From Octopus sinensis (Eukaryota): a stretch of DNA of 64,000 bases. Made by a program: the position numbers and the translations under genes. The DNA is taken from contig NC_043019.1 of the NCBI RefSeq assembly GCF_006345805.1, positions 20,459,360 to 20,523,359 of the forward strand, written 5' to 3'. The notes below the pieces were generated by a model that was given only the letters and a program-made list of their open reading frames with translations, was not told the origin of the DNA and searched no databases. This document shows positions 62,815 through 64,000 of this stretch, one piece after another; within the stretch, counting starts at the first letter, position 1; every line of letters starts with the position of its first letter.

Positions 62815-63330
62815 CAGGTGTGGCTATGTGGTAAGAAGCTTGCTTCCCAACCATGTGGTTCCAGGTTCAGTCCCACTGCGTGGCACCTTGGGTAAGCGTC
62901 TTCAGCTATAACCTTGGGCTGACCAAAGCCTTGTGAGTGGATTTGGTAAATGGAAACTGAAAGAAGCCCATTGTATATATATTTATTTCGGCGTTAGGAA
63001 GGGCATCCAGCTGTAGAAACTCTGCCAGATCAGACTGGAGCCTGGTGCAGCCTTCTGGCTTCCCAGACCCCGGTCGAACCGTCCAACCCATGCTAGCATG
63101 GAAAACGGACGTTAAACGATGATGATGATATGTGTGTGTGTGTGTGTGTGTGTGTCTTCGTATCTGTGTCTGTCCCGCCACCACCACATGACAACTGATG
63201 TTGGTATGTTTACATCCCTGTAACTTAGCAGTTCAGCAAAAGAGACTGATAGAATAAGTACCAGGCTTACAGAGAATAAGTCATGGGGTCGATTTCTTCA
63301 ACTAAAAGGCAGTGCTCCAGCATGGCCTCT
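62815..63330 (+). mobile_element. SINE B interrupted by an RTE tail fragment (62990-63128)
   Basis: The head and the 3' half lie either side of the family A piece. Confidence 0.8.
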
Positions 63331-63572
63331 CTAACACCAGTCATTTTACAGAGTGTACTTGGTGCTTTTACATGGCACCTTGGTTTTAGGATCTCAATTC
63401 TGTTGTGGTAGGAGGGTCTTCTTGAATCCAGCAAAGCATCACACATCTCAATTCTCTGTCATCTCCTTCATAAATCTCAGCATTTAGAGACTGGCTTTCA
63501 GCAAGTCAAATTTACTATATTATAGAAATAGATATGTAATAACCATTATTTATACCTTGTCATATATATATA

Positions 63573-63954
63573 CTAGCAGTATCGCCCGGCGTTGCTCAGG
63601 TTTGTAAGGGAAATAACTATAAAGCATTTCTAGAGAGTTATAGCCAAAAAACAGCAAAAAAATGGAAAAAAATGATGGTAAATTTTTTTTTTAGTTAAAA
63701 AAGGTGGAGTTGCGTCCCCTAGACAGTTTGCGGTTTGTGTTCCTGATTCTCGACCCCATGTCGAATTTATCGATTTTTTTCAGAACTGGGGAACTTTTCA
63801 AAATTTTCGCTGCATTAGTTTTGAATTATGACATTGGGCTATGTGTGTGTCAAGTTTCATCAGAATCGGTTGAAAGCCGTGGTCAGGGTGAGGGTACAAG
63901 CAAACAGACACACAGAAACACGCACAGACAAACTGCTGTTTATATAGAGAGAGA
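63573..63954 (-). mobile_element. Complete non-autonomous Helitron, 382 bp
   Basis: A|TC start at 63954, hairpin+CTAG|T end at 63573. Confidence 0.88.
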
Positions 63955-64000
63955 TTATTGTTATTCAGTGTGGGTTAGTCTTTGCTGGCCATTGCTATCA

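Overview
Eukaryotic, AT-rich, repeat-saturated DNA. The SINE/LINE families and the (TA)n/(TCTA)n load point to a coleoid cephalopod, most likely Octopus (inference). There is no recognisable intact host gene, so this is intergenic DNA or a giant intron, with one 100-N gap. Nearly all ORF-track ORFs come from microsatellites or repeats. Protein homology is limited to decayed transposons: RTE LINEs (three families), an R4/Dong-like RT, a Tx1-like RT, five Penelope-like (PLE) fragments, Tc1, mariner DD34D, maT DD37D and a Helitron Rep. Non-autonomous elements include tRNA-derived SINEs, hAT/piggyBac/Tc1 MITEs and Helitrons. Most notable: (1) four unrelated minimal type-I hammerhead-like motifs with different non-canonical cores, two showing compensatory changes at the 3-8 tertiary pair (G3-C8, U3-A8); (2) an intron-containing tRNA-Leu(CAA)-type locus lacking its anticodon loop; (3) a pre-miRNA-like hairpin in unique sequence; (4) Meta-type SINE tails repeatedly joined to GGTA. 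Structures were folded by eye, and most repeat boundaries are approximate (about 10-30 bp).
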